A stretch of DNA of 61,821 bases, filler included, from Archaeoglobus sp. JdFR-37 (GTDB taxonomy: Archaea > Halobacteriota > Archaeoglobi > Archaeoglobales > Archaeoglobaceae): the NCBI GenBank assembly GCA_002010215.1. It is 3 parts of 3 records of this genome, joined end to end, with 100 filler letters (N's around TTAATTAATTAA, not from the genome) between each part and the next. Parts side by side here need not be neighbours in the genome. Positions count along the whole stretch, not along the records: positions 1 to 20,719 come from MTMY01000008.1; 2 more parts are not named here. One strand, 5' to 3'. The notes under the pieces were generated by a model. The model searched no databases, was not told the DNA's origin, and saw nothing but the letters and a program-made list of their open reading frames with translations. The translations under genes were made by a program, and so were the position numbers. Shown one piece after another: positions 10,397 through 20,073 of this stretch; position 1 is the first letter of the stretch; each line of letters begins with the position of its first letter.

Positions 10397-11485
10397 ATGC
10401 CTGGAATGCTGGAAATAATGGTGCAGAACATGGTTAACATTCCTCTGATACAGCCTTTGGTTGATGTTCTGCTTAAGATACCTGTTATTAACTACATCGT
10501 CGCCCTGATACTCTGGAGACCAATCTTTGCAGTGCTGATAATTCCAGGGCTGGGAGCTATAATGCTTGTTTTGATGATTATCGTCTGGTGGGAGAGGAAG
10601 CTGACAGCGAGGGTTCAGTGGCGAGTTGGACCCCTTGAAGTTTCCCGCCCCATCGGCGGAGTCATGCAGGTCATGGCAGATGGTATGCGTTACTTCTTCC
10701 AGGAAGTAATAGTTCACAGAAATGCTCATGCCATATACTTCATCCAGCTACCTATTCTGGCTTTTCTCCCGGTTCTCCTTCCAATACTCCTGATTCCTGC
10801 TGGCCCGGTTTATGCAATACGAAGTGATTATGCTATTCCTGCCATCGTTGCCCTGATAGCCCTCATCCCGGTAGTTATAATTGCTATGGGCTGGGCATCT
10901 AACAATCGTTTTGCATACATTGGTGCGATTAGAGAAGCTTTCATGTATTTCGCCTATGAAATCCCTCTTATCTTCGCTGTTTTAGCCATGATGGTACTTT
11001 ACGGCAGTGGAGACCCCTTCGTTATTGTGGAAAAGCAAACTGTTCCAGGGATACTGCTCAACCCTGTTGCAGCCCTCACCTTCATCATAGCAACTGTCAT
11101 GGCCACATCCCGTTTACCCTTCGAGATTCCCGAAGCTGATCAGGAGATAGCCTTTGGCCCCTTTGTGGAGTACAGCGGAATCCTTTTCGGGCTGGTGATG
11201 ACCCTTGCATATGAAAAGCTCTACCTCATGTCGCTCCTACTCACAATCCTTTTCTTGGGAGGGTGGAATGGCATAGCAATTCCGATACTCGGCGATTTCA
11301 TGCCACCGTTCTGGCTCTTCCTCAAAGCATTTGTGTTTATGCTGATAATATCTCTCCTCAGGTCAATATATGCGAGATACAGGCTTGATCAGGCCCTCAG
11401 AATTGGGTGGAGTTCCATACTGGCCATTAGTATAATCTCTATTGCCATTAGCTACGCGCTTGTATTAACGGGGTGGTTGCCGTGA
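10397..11485 (+). CDS. fqoH: F420H2:quinone oxidoreductase subunit H
   Basis: ERKLTARVQWRVGP, RLPFEIPEADQE and RYRLDQ. Confidence 0.92.
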   Translation: MPGMLEIMVQNMVNIPLIQPLVDVLLKIPVINYIVALILWRPIFAVLIIPGLGAIMLVLMIIVWWERKLTARVQWRVGPLEVSRPIGGVMQVMADGMRYFFQEVIVHRNAHAIYFIQLPILAFLPVLLPILLIPAGPVYAIRSDYAIPAIVALIALIPVVIIAMGWASNNRFAYIGAIREAFMYFAYEIPLIFAVLAMMVLYGSGDPFVIVEKQTVPGILLNPVAALTFIIATVMATSRLPFEIPEADQEIAFGPFVEYSGILFGLVMTLAYEKLYLMSLLLTILFLGGWNGIAIPILGDFMPPFWLFLKAFVFMLIISLLRSIYARYRLDQALRIGWSSILAISIISIAISYALVLTGWLP

Positions 11486-12201
11486 AGAAGATTAAGGCAG
11501 AGAAGCTCGGTCTGACGGAGAGCGTCAAGCGGCACCTTGAAGCCATAGGAGTTGTTGTGGGGGAAGTCATCGTTCCCAGCACAATCACAATCCACTATCC
11601 AAGGGAGAGGAGAAAGCTACCTGATAATTTTAGAGGGCTGATACTCTTTGATAGTAAAGCCTGTATCAGTTGCTTCCGCTGCGCTCACATATGTCCTGCT
11701 AACGCCATTGTTATGGAGCATCGCATAGCATACTTCCCCTCCATTGATTACGCGAAATGCATTTTCTGTCACTTCTGTGTCGATTCATGCCCCACTGGAG
11801 CACTTAGACCTACTAAGATTCACGATTTCGTTTACAAGGATATGGACGAAATGGTGGTTCACAGCGAAGAAATGGTGGAAACACCTGAGATTGTCAGGGA
11901 GGATTCCTTCACAGTCGAGTATGTATTTGACGGAGACGTACAGCTCGTGAAGAAAAAAGAAAAAGAAGAACTTGTTCCGGAAGTTAAACCACCTGAAAGA
12001 CCACCAAAAGTTGCTGCAGCACTAAATCCAGAGAATTGTATCTCCTGCAGACTTTGTGTTGCAGCCTGTCCGACTTTTGCAATAAGTGCAAAAGAGGAAA
12101 AAACTAAAATAATTCTTGAAATAAATGTTGATCGCTGCACTGCTTGTAGTATATGCAATAAAATCTGCCCAACTTCTACGCTGGGACTTGTTGACAGGTG
12201 A
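11473..12201 (+). CDS. fqoI: F420H2:quinone oxidoreductase subunit I (polyferredoxin)
   Basis: TIHYPRE plus four CxxCxxCxxxCP motifs. Confidence 0.9.
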   Translation: MVAVKKIKAEKLGLTESVKRHLEAIGVVVGEVIVPSTITIHYPRERRKLPDNFRGLILFDSKACISCFRCAHICPANAIVMEHRIAYFPSIDYAKCIFCHFCVDSCPTGALRPTKIHDFVYKDMDEMVVHSEEMVETPEIVREDSFTVEYVFDGDVQLVKKKEKEELVPEVKPPERPPKVAAALNPENCISCRLCVAACPTFAISAKEEKTKIILEINVDRCTACSICNKICPTSTLGLVDR

Positions 12202-12210
12202 TTGGTTTAG

Positions 12211-13236
12211 GTGATTGGGATGCAACAGAAGTGGGAGGTCACAAGACCCGAAAGATATGTGGAAGGAAAATATTTTGCAAGCCTTAAAGCAAAGGTAATA
12301 GACCCAGGCATATGCAGTCACTGCGGCACGTGCAGTGTCTGTCCTGTAAAGGGAATAAGGGTTGAAGACAAACCCATTTACTTCCCCAACTGGGAAGAGG
12401 AATGTATAGATTGTGCTGCATGCGTCCGTGTTTGCCCCAGGTATGATTACGTTCCGCTTAACGGAATGGGTGAATATATTGAAATTCTGGCAGCGAAGTC
12501 AAAGCGTTTCAAAGGACAAGATGGAGCAATGGCCACTGAATACCTCGTCTCCGCCATTGAAAAAGGGCTGATAGATGAGGCGATCTTTGTGGGCAGGGAT
12601 GAAGACTGGAGGACTACAGTTCACAGAGTCAGAGATGCTGATCAGGTCAACACTCTACTAACAGGAACCAAATACAGCTTCGCAGCTGTACTGCCCGAGA
12701 TGATCCAGTCAGTAAGAGAAGGAAATAATGTAGGAGTTGTTGGTACACCATGTATGGTGTCTGGCATAAGGAAGATGCAGAGAGAGATCAGGCTGTTTGC
12801 GAAGAGAGTCAAGCTTGTAATCGGTCTCTTCTGCACTGAGAACTTTTACTGGCACCAGCTCTCAGCATTTCTAGCTGAGAGGGGCATAGATCTCAGGAAG
12901 GGTATCAAGACGGACATCAAGAAGGGGAAATTCATAGTGGAGTATGCAGATGGTGAAAAGGCTGAAATCCCCGTTAAGGAGTTTGACCCCATCATCCCGT
13001 CAGGATGCAAGGTATGTCAGGATTTTGCTGCTGTAGAGAGCGATGTCAGTGTTGGAAGCGTTGGGAGCAAGGCTGGGTTCTCCACACTCATCATCAGGCA
13101 AGAAGTTGCAAAAGACCTTCTGGACTTCATGAAGGAGCAAGGGACTGTTGAGGTGATAGAAGAGGTCAAGATGAAGATTGTGGAGAAACTGATTCACCAT
13201 AAAATGGAGATACACCCGTATCCACCTAAAAAATAA
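12211..13236 (+). CDS. fqoF: F420H2:quinone oxidoreductase F420-binding subunit F (FrhB family)
   Basis: N-terminal ferredoxin motifs; FrhB motifs QDGAMAT, GTKY, VGTPC, IGLFCTENF and CKVCQDF...SVGSVGS. Confidence 0.92.
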   Translation: MIGMQQKWEVTRPERYVEGKYFASLKAKVIDPGICSHCGTCSVCPVKGIRVEDKPIYFPNWEEECIDCAACVRVCPRYDYVPLNGMGEYIEILAAKSKRFKGQDGAMATEYLVSAIEKGLIDEAIFVGRDEDWRTTVHRVRDADQVNTLLTGTKYSFAAVLPEMIQSVREGNNVGVVGTPCMVSGIRKMQREIRLFAKRVKLVIGLFCTENFYWHQLSAFLAERGIDLRKGIKTDIKKGKFIVEYADGEKAEIPVKEFDPIIPSGCKVCQDFAAVESDVSVGSVGSKAGFSTLIIRQEVAKDLLDFMKEQGTVEVIEEVKMKIVEKLIHHKMEIHPYPPKK

Positions 13237-13984
13237 GCCTCTCCATATCTTCTCCACCATAAAATACTTCCTGAATCCCGTCATAGATGTCGTCCATACC
13301 GTATCCTGTCTCTGCCGATACGGGAATGAGAGGTCTGAATATACCTGCGTCTCTCAGCATATGGAACAGCTCTATACTCAGCCCTTCTCCGCTCAGCTCG
13401 TCATACAGCTCATCGGGATCGTTGCTCCAGTTAACCACTCTCTCTACCTCTTCCTCCTCCAGAATGTCAACTTTTGACAAGACGGGTATCTGAGGGAGTT
13501 TGAGCCTGAAAACAGAGGATGCAGACATGAAAAGAAGGCTCAGAAATCCTGATGGAGTTTTTGAAACAACCGGATCGAAAAGATACACAATCATGCTCCT
13601 TTTTCTGTCAAGCAGGTCTATCAGAACCTCGCTGCTTCTCCTGAGAGTAAATAGCTCCATCTGACCGGGGGTGTCAATTATGATGTATTCAGCGTCATAC
13701 TGCTCTATCTCATCCTTGATATCTATTGCCCTTGTGCTTATGAGGTCTGCTCCGATTATCTGGGCACCGTTAGGCCCCACGCCATAGTTGAGCATGATGT
13801 CTTCCAGTGTAAACCACTCTCTCACATCAACATCGGGGCTGTACGGCAGAGTTTCCGCTCCAGGATCGAGATTTACAATTATGTTGTTCAGCCTCTTAAA
13901 GCTTAACCAGTCTGAAAAAGCTTGAGTCAGATAGGTTTTTCCACTTCCCGCTGTGCCGATCATATAGATGTATATTCTGTCCAT
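13226..13984 (-). CDS. GPN-loop GTPase
   Basis: GTAGSGKT, NLDPG, GPNG and DTPGQME. Confidence 0.92.
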   Translation of the reverse strand: MDRIYIYMIGTAGSGKTYLTQAFSDWLSFKRLNNIIVNLDPGAETLPYSPDVDVREWFTLEDIMLNYGVGPNGAQIIGADLISTRAIDIKDEIEQYDAEYIIIDTPGQMELFTLRRSSEVLIDLLDRKRSMIVYLFDPVVSKTPSGFLSLLFMSASSVFRLKLPQIPVLSKVDILEEEEVERVVNWSNDPDELYDELSGEGLSIELFHMLRDAGIFRPLIPVSAETGYGMDDIYDGIQEVFYGGEDMERLIF

Positions 13985-14104
13985 GTTCTCTCAGTAACTT
14001 CTCTGGATATAACTCCTTTCGTGAAATTGTCACTATAAATTATCTGTTTTGACTGATATTGAAAAAACCCAGAAATACTTTTTATCAACACGATTAAGGT
14101 AATT

Positions 14105-14506
14105 ATGGTGGTAAAAATGGGAAAACTGGCAATGGTTTTGGCGAGTGGAGAGCTTGAAAAGCTACAGGCGGCAAGCATAATTGCCAGCGTTGCCTCCACT
14201 GTTGGAATGGAGGTATTGCTGTTTGCCACTATGGATGGGTTGATGGCATTCAGAAAGGATGTAGTGGAGGAGAAGGCGTGGAAAACCGGAGAACTTGGTA
14301 AGGGGATGCTAGAGAAAAATGCGCCGCTATTCATTGACACTCTAAAACAGGCAAAGGAGGTTGGAAACATTAAAATCTATGCTTGCGGAATGGTAATGGA
14401 TATGCTGGGTCTGAAGAAGGAGGACTTTGTTGACATCTTTGATGATGTGCTGGGAGTTACAGCATTCCTTGGCATGGTAGAAGGAGCTCAGGTGCTCTTT
14501 ATCTAA
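14105..14506 (+). CDS. DsrE/DsrF/DrsH-like sulfur carrier protein
   Basis: Fold pattern [15 protein letters not shown]...IYACGMVMD; size about 133 aa. Confidence 0.8.
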   Translation: MVVKMGKLAMVLASGELEKLQAASIIASVASTVGMEVLLFATMDGLMAFRKDVVEEKAWKTGELGKGMLEKNAPLFIDTLKQAKEVGNIKIYACGMVMDMLGLKKEDFVDIFDDVLGVTAFLGMVEGAQVLFI

Positions 14507-14538
14507 GAGTGCCAAGAGTTTGTGAGGAGGTGCTGGAA

Positions 14539-14775
14539 ATGCAAGGAGAAGCTGACAGGGTGATAGATGCAAGAGGAAGCTACTGCCCAGGCCCGCTTAT
14601 GGAGCTGATAAAGGCGATTAAGGAAGAGGATGTTGGTACCGTGCTGGCAGTGCTATCAAGCGACGCAAGTTCCGCTAAAGACATTCCTGAATGGGTGAAG
14701 AAAGCTGGCCATGAGCTGGTAGGAGTATTCGAAGAAGATGGCTACTGGAGAATAGTAATCAGGAAGAGCAGATAA
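14539..14775 (+). CDS. tusA: TusA/SirA-family sulfurtransferase
   Basis: [10 protein letters not shown] motif; ATG 14539 follows GGAGG. Confidence 0.88.
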   Translation: MQGEADRVIDARGSYCPGPLMELIKAIKEEDVGTVLAVLSSDASSAKDIPEWVKKAGHELVGVFEEDGYWRIVIRKSR

Positions 14776-14797
14776 TCAAATAACTTCTTTTTTTGAG

Positions 14798-15946
14798 GTG
14801 ATGGATTTGAAGAACATAGTGGTTATAGGTGGAGGAGTAGGCGGCACTCTCACAGCCAACTACCTCGCATCGAAACTCAAACCGGAATTGAGGGAGAGGA
14901 AAATAAAGATCACACTGATCAGCGCCACAGATAAACAGCTCTACGAGCCAGGTTTGCTTTACTTGATATTCAACAAAATGGAAGAATCGGAGATAATCCG
15001 CGAAATAAAGTATCTTCTTGACCCTGATATAAACTTGGTAGTTGACACGGCAACTAGAGTTGACACATCCAATCAGGTGGTTGAGACAGAAAAAGGCAGC
15101 TATCCATACGACTACTTGGTTATAGCCACCGGCTCTAAAGTCGCTCCGGAGGAGATTCCGGGGCTGAAAGAGGGCGGTCACTGGTTTTACAACTTGGAAG
15201 GTGCCAGGAAGCTCAGAGATGCTCTTGCAAAGTTTAAGGGCGGCAAGATTGTTGTCGGCGTCATGGGAGTTCCCCACAAATGTCCAGTAGCACCTATAGA
15301 AGTGTCCTTCATGCTTCACGATTTCTTCAAACACCTTCAGATGAGAGATCAGGTTGAGATTCTCTACACCTACCCCATCAACAAGGTTTTCCTGATGGAC
15401 AGTGTGGCAGAACTGGTGGCAGATCTCTTTGATCAAAAGGGGATTGAGTATAAGACCTTCTTTAACCCCATCGAAGTTGATGCGAAAAATAAGAAGATAA
15501 TGACGCTGGAAGGTGAGGAAGAGCAGTATGATCTGCTGATAGCAATTCCACCACATAAAGGGAGCGACCTAGTCATCAATTCTGGCCTTGCCGATAAGGG
15601 AGGCTGGGTACCTACAGATAGGTTCACCCTAAAGGTCGAGGGCTACGACAACGTGTATGCTGTTGGAGATGCTACAAATCTTCCAGTTAGTAAGGCTGGG
15701 AGTGTTGCTCATTTTGAAGCTGAGGTAATAGCAGAGAACATCGCAGCAGAAATAAAGGGTCTGCCACCAACAGCTAGGTACTACGGAAAGACTATGTGCT
15801 TTATCGAGACAGGCTTTGATGAAGCCACATATATCTGGTTTGATTACGAAACTCCACCAAAACCCGTGATGCCGAGTCGCTTTATCCACTGGACAAAAAT
15901 AGCTTACAACAGGCTCTACTGGCTGACGGCGAGAGGTATTTTGTAG
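14798..15946 (+). CDS. sqr: Sulfide:quinone oxidoreductase-like FAD-dependent oxidoreductase
   Basis: GGGVGG, YDYLVIATG, KCPVAPIE, VYAVGD and a C-terminal CFIE cysteine. Confidence 0.75.
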   Translation: MMDLKNIVVIGGGVGGTLTANYLASKLKPELRERKIKITLISATDKQLYEPGLLYLIFNKMEESEIIREIKYLLDPDINLVVDTATRVDTSNQVVETEKGSYPYDYLVIATGSKVAPEEIPGLKEGGHWFYNLEGARKLRDALAKFKGGKIVVGVMGVPHKCPVAPIEVSFMLHDFFKHLQMRDQVEILYTYPINKVFLMDSVAELVADLFDQKGIEYKTFFNPIEVDAKNKKIMTLEGEEEQYDLLIAIPPHKGSDLVINSGLADKGGWVPTDRFTLKVEGYDNVYAVGDATNLPVSKAGSVAHFEAEVIAENIAAEIKGLPPTARYYGKTMCFIETGFDEATYIWFDYETPPKPVMPSRFIHWTKIAYNRLYWLTARGIL

Positions 15947-15958
15947 CGAGCTGGACAG

Positions 15959-16513
15959 GTGGTAAACATGGCTTCCGACACTGCTGGTAAATCAATTGAA
16001 CTGGAAAATCTGAGAAAACTTACAGAGAGCGGAGATGTTATGGAGGCTCTTCTTTCAACTGTCAAAGTTGTTATGGACGCGCCAACCGACACAACTATCG
16101 CATCAGTCGCTTCGACGCTGGAGAAATTAATGTTGATAGCTGACACTGCTGCAAAAAATAGTGAAGAGATCGTTTCAGCGATAAACAAGCTTATCTGGCT
16201 TGAGAGAAGTGGAACGCTTGATGCTCTCATTTCCGCCGGAGCTCTGATAAAGATAATGCAGGATTCTATAACCGACGAAGTTGTGGCAAGGAATGCTGAG
16301 ATGCTGGCAAATCTTGGCCTAATAATGTCGAAGTTCTCGGATGAAAAGGCCATGAACATGCTTAATGCTATGGCTGATGCCATCTGCAGATGCGAGGGCG
16401 ATATAAAACCTGCCGGATTTAGAGAGCTTATCAAAGCTTTGAGGGATGAAGATGTCAAGAAATCACTTGGGATGCTTCTGAACCTCGCAAAAGAGCTTGG
16501 CAGAAACATATGA
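15959..16513 (+). CDS. DUF1641-like protein
   Basis: Helical protein ending in ELIKALRDEDVKKSLGMLL...LG; this family commonly follows SQR/FDH genes. Confidence 0.7.
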   Translation: MVNMASDTAGKSIELENLRKLTESGDVMEALLSTVKVVMDAPTDTTIASVASTLEKLMLIADTAAKNSEEIVSAINKLIWLERSGTLDALISAGALIKIMQDSITDEVVARNAEMLANLGLIMSKFSDEKAMNMLNAMADAICRCEGDIKPAGFRELIKALRDEDVKKSLGMLLNLAKELGRNI

Positions 16514-16584
16514 ACTGAAACTGAACAACGTGGATCTGGGAATTCGAGCAAAAGATATATATTCGACTCAACATACAAATTTTT

Positions 16585-17016
16585 TTGATGTTCATATATC
16601 CGAAGGAGATCATAGCAGACACGTATCTGAGCAAAGTGGGGGGATTTAGCAGCGAGCTTGAAAACTCCGAGATAGGAATAAATGCAAAGGCTCTTGAGAT
16701 AAATACGTCCATCATATCTAATGAAACGAAGGCTAGTATAAAATTCCTAGATGACAGAATCATCCCGTACTTCCTCAGACGAAGGTACACGGTTGTTGGG
16801 CTTGAGGAGCACATGGAGGGTTACGAGTACTCTCAGCAGGGAGAGGTCGTTTTTTCTACAGAGCTTCGAAAGGAGTTCTCTGAAAAACTTGGTAGAGATG
16901 TCATCATAAATACTGTTGAGAGTTTCAGAATAGACGGGGACTTCACGAAGGTAATTAAAGCTCTTAAACAGGAAATGGTGCCATGGGGTTCAGGGAACCG
17001 CTGGAGAAAGAATTGA
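16585..17016 (+). CDS. Hypothetical protein
   Basis: 143-aa ORF with normal composition, coupled to the downstream gene; no motif recognised. Confidence 0.55.
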   Translation: MMFIYPKEIIADTYLSKVGGFSSELENSEIGINAKALEINTSIISNETKASIKFLDDRIIPYFLRRRYTVVGLEEHMEGYEYSQQGEVVFSTELRKEFSEKLGRDVIINTVESFRIDGDFTKVIKALKQEMVPWGSGNRWRKN

Positions 17017-17528
17017 AGGTTATTCGGAAGGCGCTGAAATTTTTTGGATTTAAATTTGAATCTGTGTCCAGACTTGATTTTGAACTCTTGATTCATCAAG
17101 AGGATAGCGTAAAGGAGGTTTATGCTTTAACTCCCGAACTAGCAGAATTCTTGAAAAATACAGGTGTCAAAGTTGTATCAGCCGGAATAAAGGTTGGAGA
17201 AGTGGGGAAGAGGTTTAGACTTACTCTCGAAGGGGCGTTTTTCTTGGTAAAGGCTAAAAAGAAGAGAATTTACGTCAACAGAAAAGGTGAGATGCTTTTC
17301 CTCTACGGGCGGGATATTTTTGCGTCCTCAGTTATGAAAGCTTTACCGGACATCCGAGAGAACGACATCGTTTTTGTATGCAATACCAAGGGGGATATTC
17401 TTGGAATAGGTAAAAGCAGATATGATGCGGAAAGAATCCGGAGTGTTGAGGAAGATAAAGTAGTTATTGAGAATCTGGTTGACCGGGGAGAGTATCTGAG
17501 GAAGGAAAGGCTCTATAGGGCTTTTTAG
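16983..17528 (+). CDS. NIP7/PUA-domain RNA-binding protein (UPF0113-like)
   Basis: FRLTLEG, GEMLFLYGRDIF and NLVDRGEYLR; start position uncertain. Confidence 0.82.
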   Translation: MGFREPLEKELKVIRKALKFFGFKFESVSRLDFELLIHQEDSVKEVYALTPELAEFLKNTGVKVVSAGIKVGEVGKRFRLTLEGAFFLVKAKKKRIYVNRKGEMLFLYGRDIFASSVMKALPDIRENDIVFVCNTKGDILGIGKSRYDAERIRSVEEDKVVIENLVDRGEYLRKERLYRAF

Positions 17529-17550
17529 TACATGCTGCACGCTGCACACA

Positions 17551-17976
17551 TCATATTGACACGTAGATAAACCACCCTATGAAAGATATGATACCAAAAA
17601 TAAGGCCTAATACCGACAATTTAATCCAACTGGATTTTTTCCGTAAAGATAGATGGTATAGATGCTCGATTTCGTTAAAACTCCTCTTTTTCTCGAAGAA
17701 AACATACTGGGTGAATTTGGGATAAAGAAGGAGGAGTGAGGAAACTACTGAGAACAGTATTGAGGTTATGGGGACGAGAACAAGCAAAATTTCCACAGTT
17801 CCGAGTTTATGGGGGGCGAAGGCAATCATGAAAGCAACAATACCCACCACTAACGCCAGAATTCCGTTAGAAGCTTTGATAATAATGTCTGTCTTATCGT
17901 CAAGTGTCTTCAGATGGTTCAACATAAAGTTTACTTGGAGTATTTCATCTTCGCTGAATCTGCTTTTCTCATTCAT
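17551..17976 (-). CDS. Small multi-pass membrane protein resembling the Pycsar PycTM (DUF5706) effector domain
   Basis: LDDKTDII, then two TM segments ending LLYPK, a YVFF loop, RKK and a final TM segment; AT-rich. Confidence 0.5.
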   Translation of the reverse strand: MNEKSRFSEDEILQVNFMLNHLKTLDDKTDIIIKASNGILALVVGIVAFMIAFAPHKLGTVEILLVLVPITSILFSVVSSLLLLYPKFTQYVFFEKKRSFNEIEHLYHLSLRKKSSWIKLSVLGLIFGIISFIGWFIYVSI

Positions 17977-18116
17977 CCTAATTCAAAAAGAAAAGAAACA
18001 AATAAAAAATTTGGGGAAGCTCAGAATTATGTTGTTTTAACCTCTCAAATTCCAAACTTCGGGCTTAAGACATCTTAAAAAATTCGAAAAGGTTAGGGGA
18101 AAATGGGATAAATTCA

Positions 18117-18758
18117 GTGGTAAACTCTTCTCCAATGAGCAGAGAGCTCGTCAGAAAAGGTGGAAGTTATGAAGTGAATGTCTGTGCTACCTGTAGGAGG
18201 GCTCTGAGCAAACTAGAAGGCTTTCTTGATGCAATTGAGGAGATTATAGCCTCGTCTGGCTGGACAGGTGAAAAACTCATGTCCCACTCTCGCCTCAAGA
18301 TAGCAGCTTCAGGCTGCCCTAATGCGTGCAGTCAGGTTCAGATAAAAGATTTGGGGATTATTACATATATTAAGCCAGAGCTTGTGGGTGATTGCAATTC
18401 ATGCGGAGATTGTGAGAGAGTTTGCCGAGAGGATGGAGTCAGGGTAGATGATGTTGCTATCTTTAACGAAAACTGCATAGGCTGCGGTGATTGTGTAAGG
18501 GCGTGTCCACAGAATGCAATAGGGGGTGAGGTGAGGTTCAGAGTCCTGGCAGGTGGGAAATTGGGCAGACATCCCAGGTTTGCAGAGGTTGTGGCGGATG
18601 TTTCAAGTCTGGAAGCGGCTCTTGAAATAATAAGGGCTGGCATTCAGATATCGGCAATCAAAAACAAAAGATTCAGCGAAATTGAAAATGGAATTGAAAA
18701 ACTCAGGAAAGTGGTAAAGTTAGAGCTTAATCAAATTCCCCAAGAATTATCTTCCTGA
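18117..18758 (+). CDS. Small sulfite/nitrite reductase-like Fe-S protein with an inserted 2[4Fe-4S] ferredoxin
   Basis: KIAASGCPNACSQVQIKDLGI, two CxxCxxCxxxC motifs and GGKLGRHP. Confidence 0.75.
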   Translation: MVNSSPMSRELVRKGGSYEVNVCATCRRALSKLEGFLDAIEEIIASSGWTGEKLMSHSRLKIAASGCPNACSQVQIKDLGIITYIKPELVGDCNSCGDCERVCREDGVRVDDVAIFNENCIGCGDCVRACPQNAIGGEVRFRVLAGGKLGRHPRFAEVVADVSSLEAALEIIRAGIQISAIKNKRFSEIENGIEKLRKVVKLELNQIPQELSS

Positions 18759-19602
18759 TATGCTCCGGAATATCTTCGTCACCCTCGTACTCTATTGCCT
18801 GATCAACTGCATGTCTGGCAGCATAGCCAGCTATGTGGAGAATCGTTTCGTCATATTCGTTATCTTTTTCCATGCTTCCGGTGCAGGGGAAGCTGTGGTG
18901 CGCTTCCGCAACTCTGTCCCAGAGTTGTCTGATATTTTCGAATTGAAATTCCCTGAGTCTTATTCCGATAAACCATGCACAGCCGCAGGGTTGGCTTCTT
19001 AGTATTCTCACAACATCGAACTTACTCATCCCATTCTTTTCTGAAATCTCAAACTCGAAGGCTGGATAACCAAGCCCCATTTCTCTAACGAATCTTGAGA
19101 TGATGGGTTTGTTTTTATCCTCTCGTAGTATGCAGAAAGGCTTCGGTGCTGCAAATTCTAAGCCCAGCTCTTCACACTTCGCTTCAAGCTGCTTTGCTAA
19201 CCCGGGTGGACACCATCTGGGCTCTTCAACAGGCACTATCAGCGCTTCGATTCCAGCTTCACTCAGCTTTTCTGGAAGAGCTGCTAGAACGTCCGGATGA
19301 GCGTTTATGACCACACCTATGTCAGCTTCAGGAACTTGTCTGGGCAGAAAGTCCTCGGCATCCTCTATGAACTGAGGCATTGTGGTAGGATCAAGCATGC
19401 CGAAAGCTGCTACAATGTTCTTGGAAAAGCTGTAAACGTTCTCCTTACATTGAACGCATGCATCTATCCCACACGCTCCGAATGATGGGCAGGAGTTATG
19501 ATAGTTCATGAGATTTGCTATGAACCTCTCTCCAAAAAATCCATGATAGAATACCACGAGTTTGAGATCGGAAGTGAAACTAATCTGCCCTTCCTCTTTC
19601 AT
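18727..19602 (-). CDS. DUF166-like hypothetical protein
   Basis: HPD, PKPFC, RSQPCGCAWFI, HHSFPCTGSM and ILHIAGY motifs. Confidence 0.7.
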   Translation of the reverse strand: MKEEGQISFTSDLKLVVFYHGFFGERFIANLMNYHNSCPSFGACGIDACVQCKENVYSFSKNIVAAFGMLDPTTMPQFIEDAEDFLPRQVPEADIGVVINAHPDVLAALPEKLSEAGIEALIVPVEEPRWCPPGLAKQLEAKCEELGLEFAAPKPFCILREDKNKPIISRFVREMGLGYPAFEFEISEKNGMSKFDVVRILRSQPCGCAWFIGIRLREFQFENIRQLWDRVAEAHHSFPCTGSMEKDNEYDETILHIAGYAARHAVDQAIEYEGDEDIPEHIRKIILGEFD

Positions 19603-19694
19603 GGCAGGAGTGTAAAGCTGAAAAATATTAAGACTTCGGAAATTGGAAATCTAGGAGAATTGAAAATAAGAATTGTAATGTGGAGAGATAACCT

Positions 19695-19970
19695 CTATTC
19701 CAGGTGACTCTTATCGAGAATCGCAGGGCAAGTTCTCTCTGTGAAGCAGGACGCTCCTTGCGTGGGCAAGGGCAGTTCACGCGGAATTATGTAATCTAAA
19801 GAGTTCAGAAGTTCATAAACTTCTTTTGCGTAGAGGAAAATGTCGAAAATTCCTGATAGGTATATTTTGGAGATTTTTCGTCTCTTCTCTTTCAACCTCT
19901 CCACTTCTGTGAGGAGGGATGCAAGAGCTGGTAAATTGTCGTGACAGTTAGAAGCGACATCAATCTGCAT
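19695..19970 (-). pseudogene. Degenerate N-terminal fragment of a calcineurin-like metallophosphoesterase
   Basis: MQIDVASNCHDNLPAL resembles the MxIxxISDxHxNLPAL start but the metal ligands are altered; ends after 91 aa. Confidence 0.45.
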
Positions 19971-20073
19971 GAATCACACCTCCACAAAATTATTTTCAAT
20001 ATTTTAAATTTCAGTGAGCTTGTTTAGCCTTTGCGCCGAAAGTATTATTTTCAAAGCCATAAAAATAAGATGG

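Noticed and set aside
2366..13236. Possible membrane-bound [NiFe] hydrogenase or novel complex I
   Set aside because: Subunit D lacks the CxxC Ni ligands, and the gene order with the BC fusion and terminal FrhB-like subunit matches the known Archaeoglobus Fqo.
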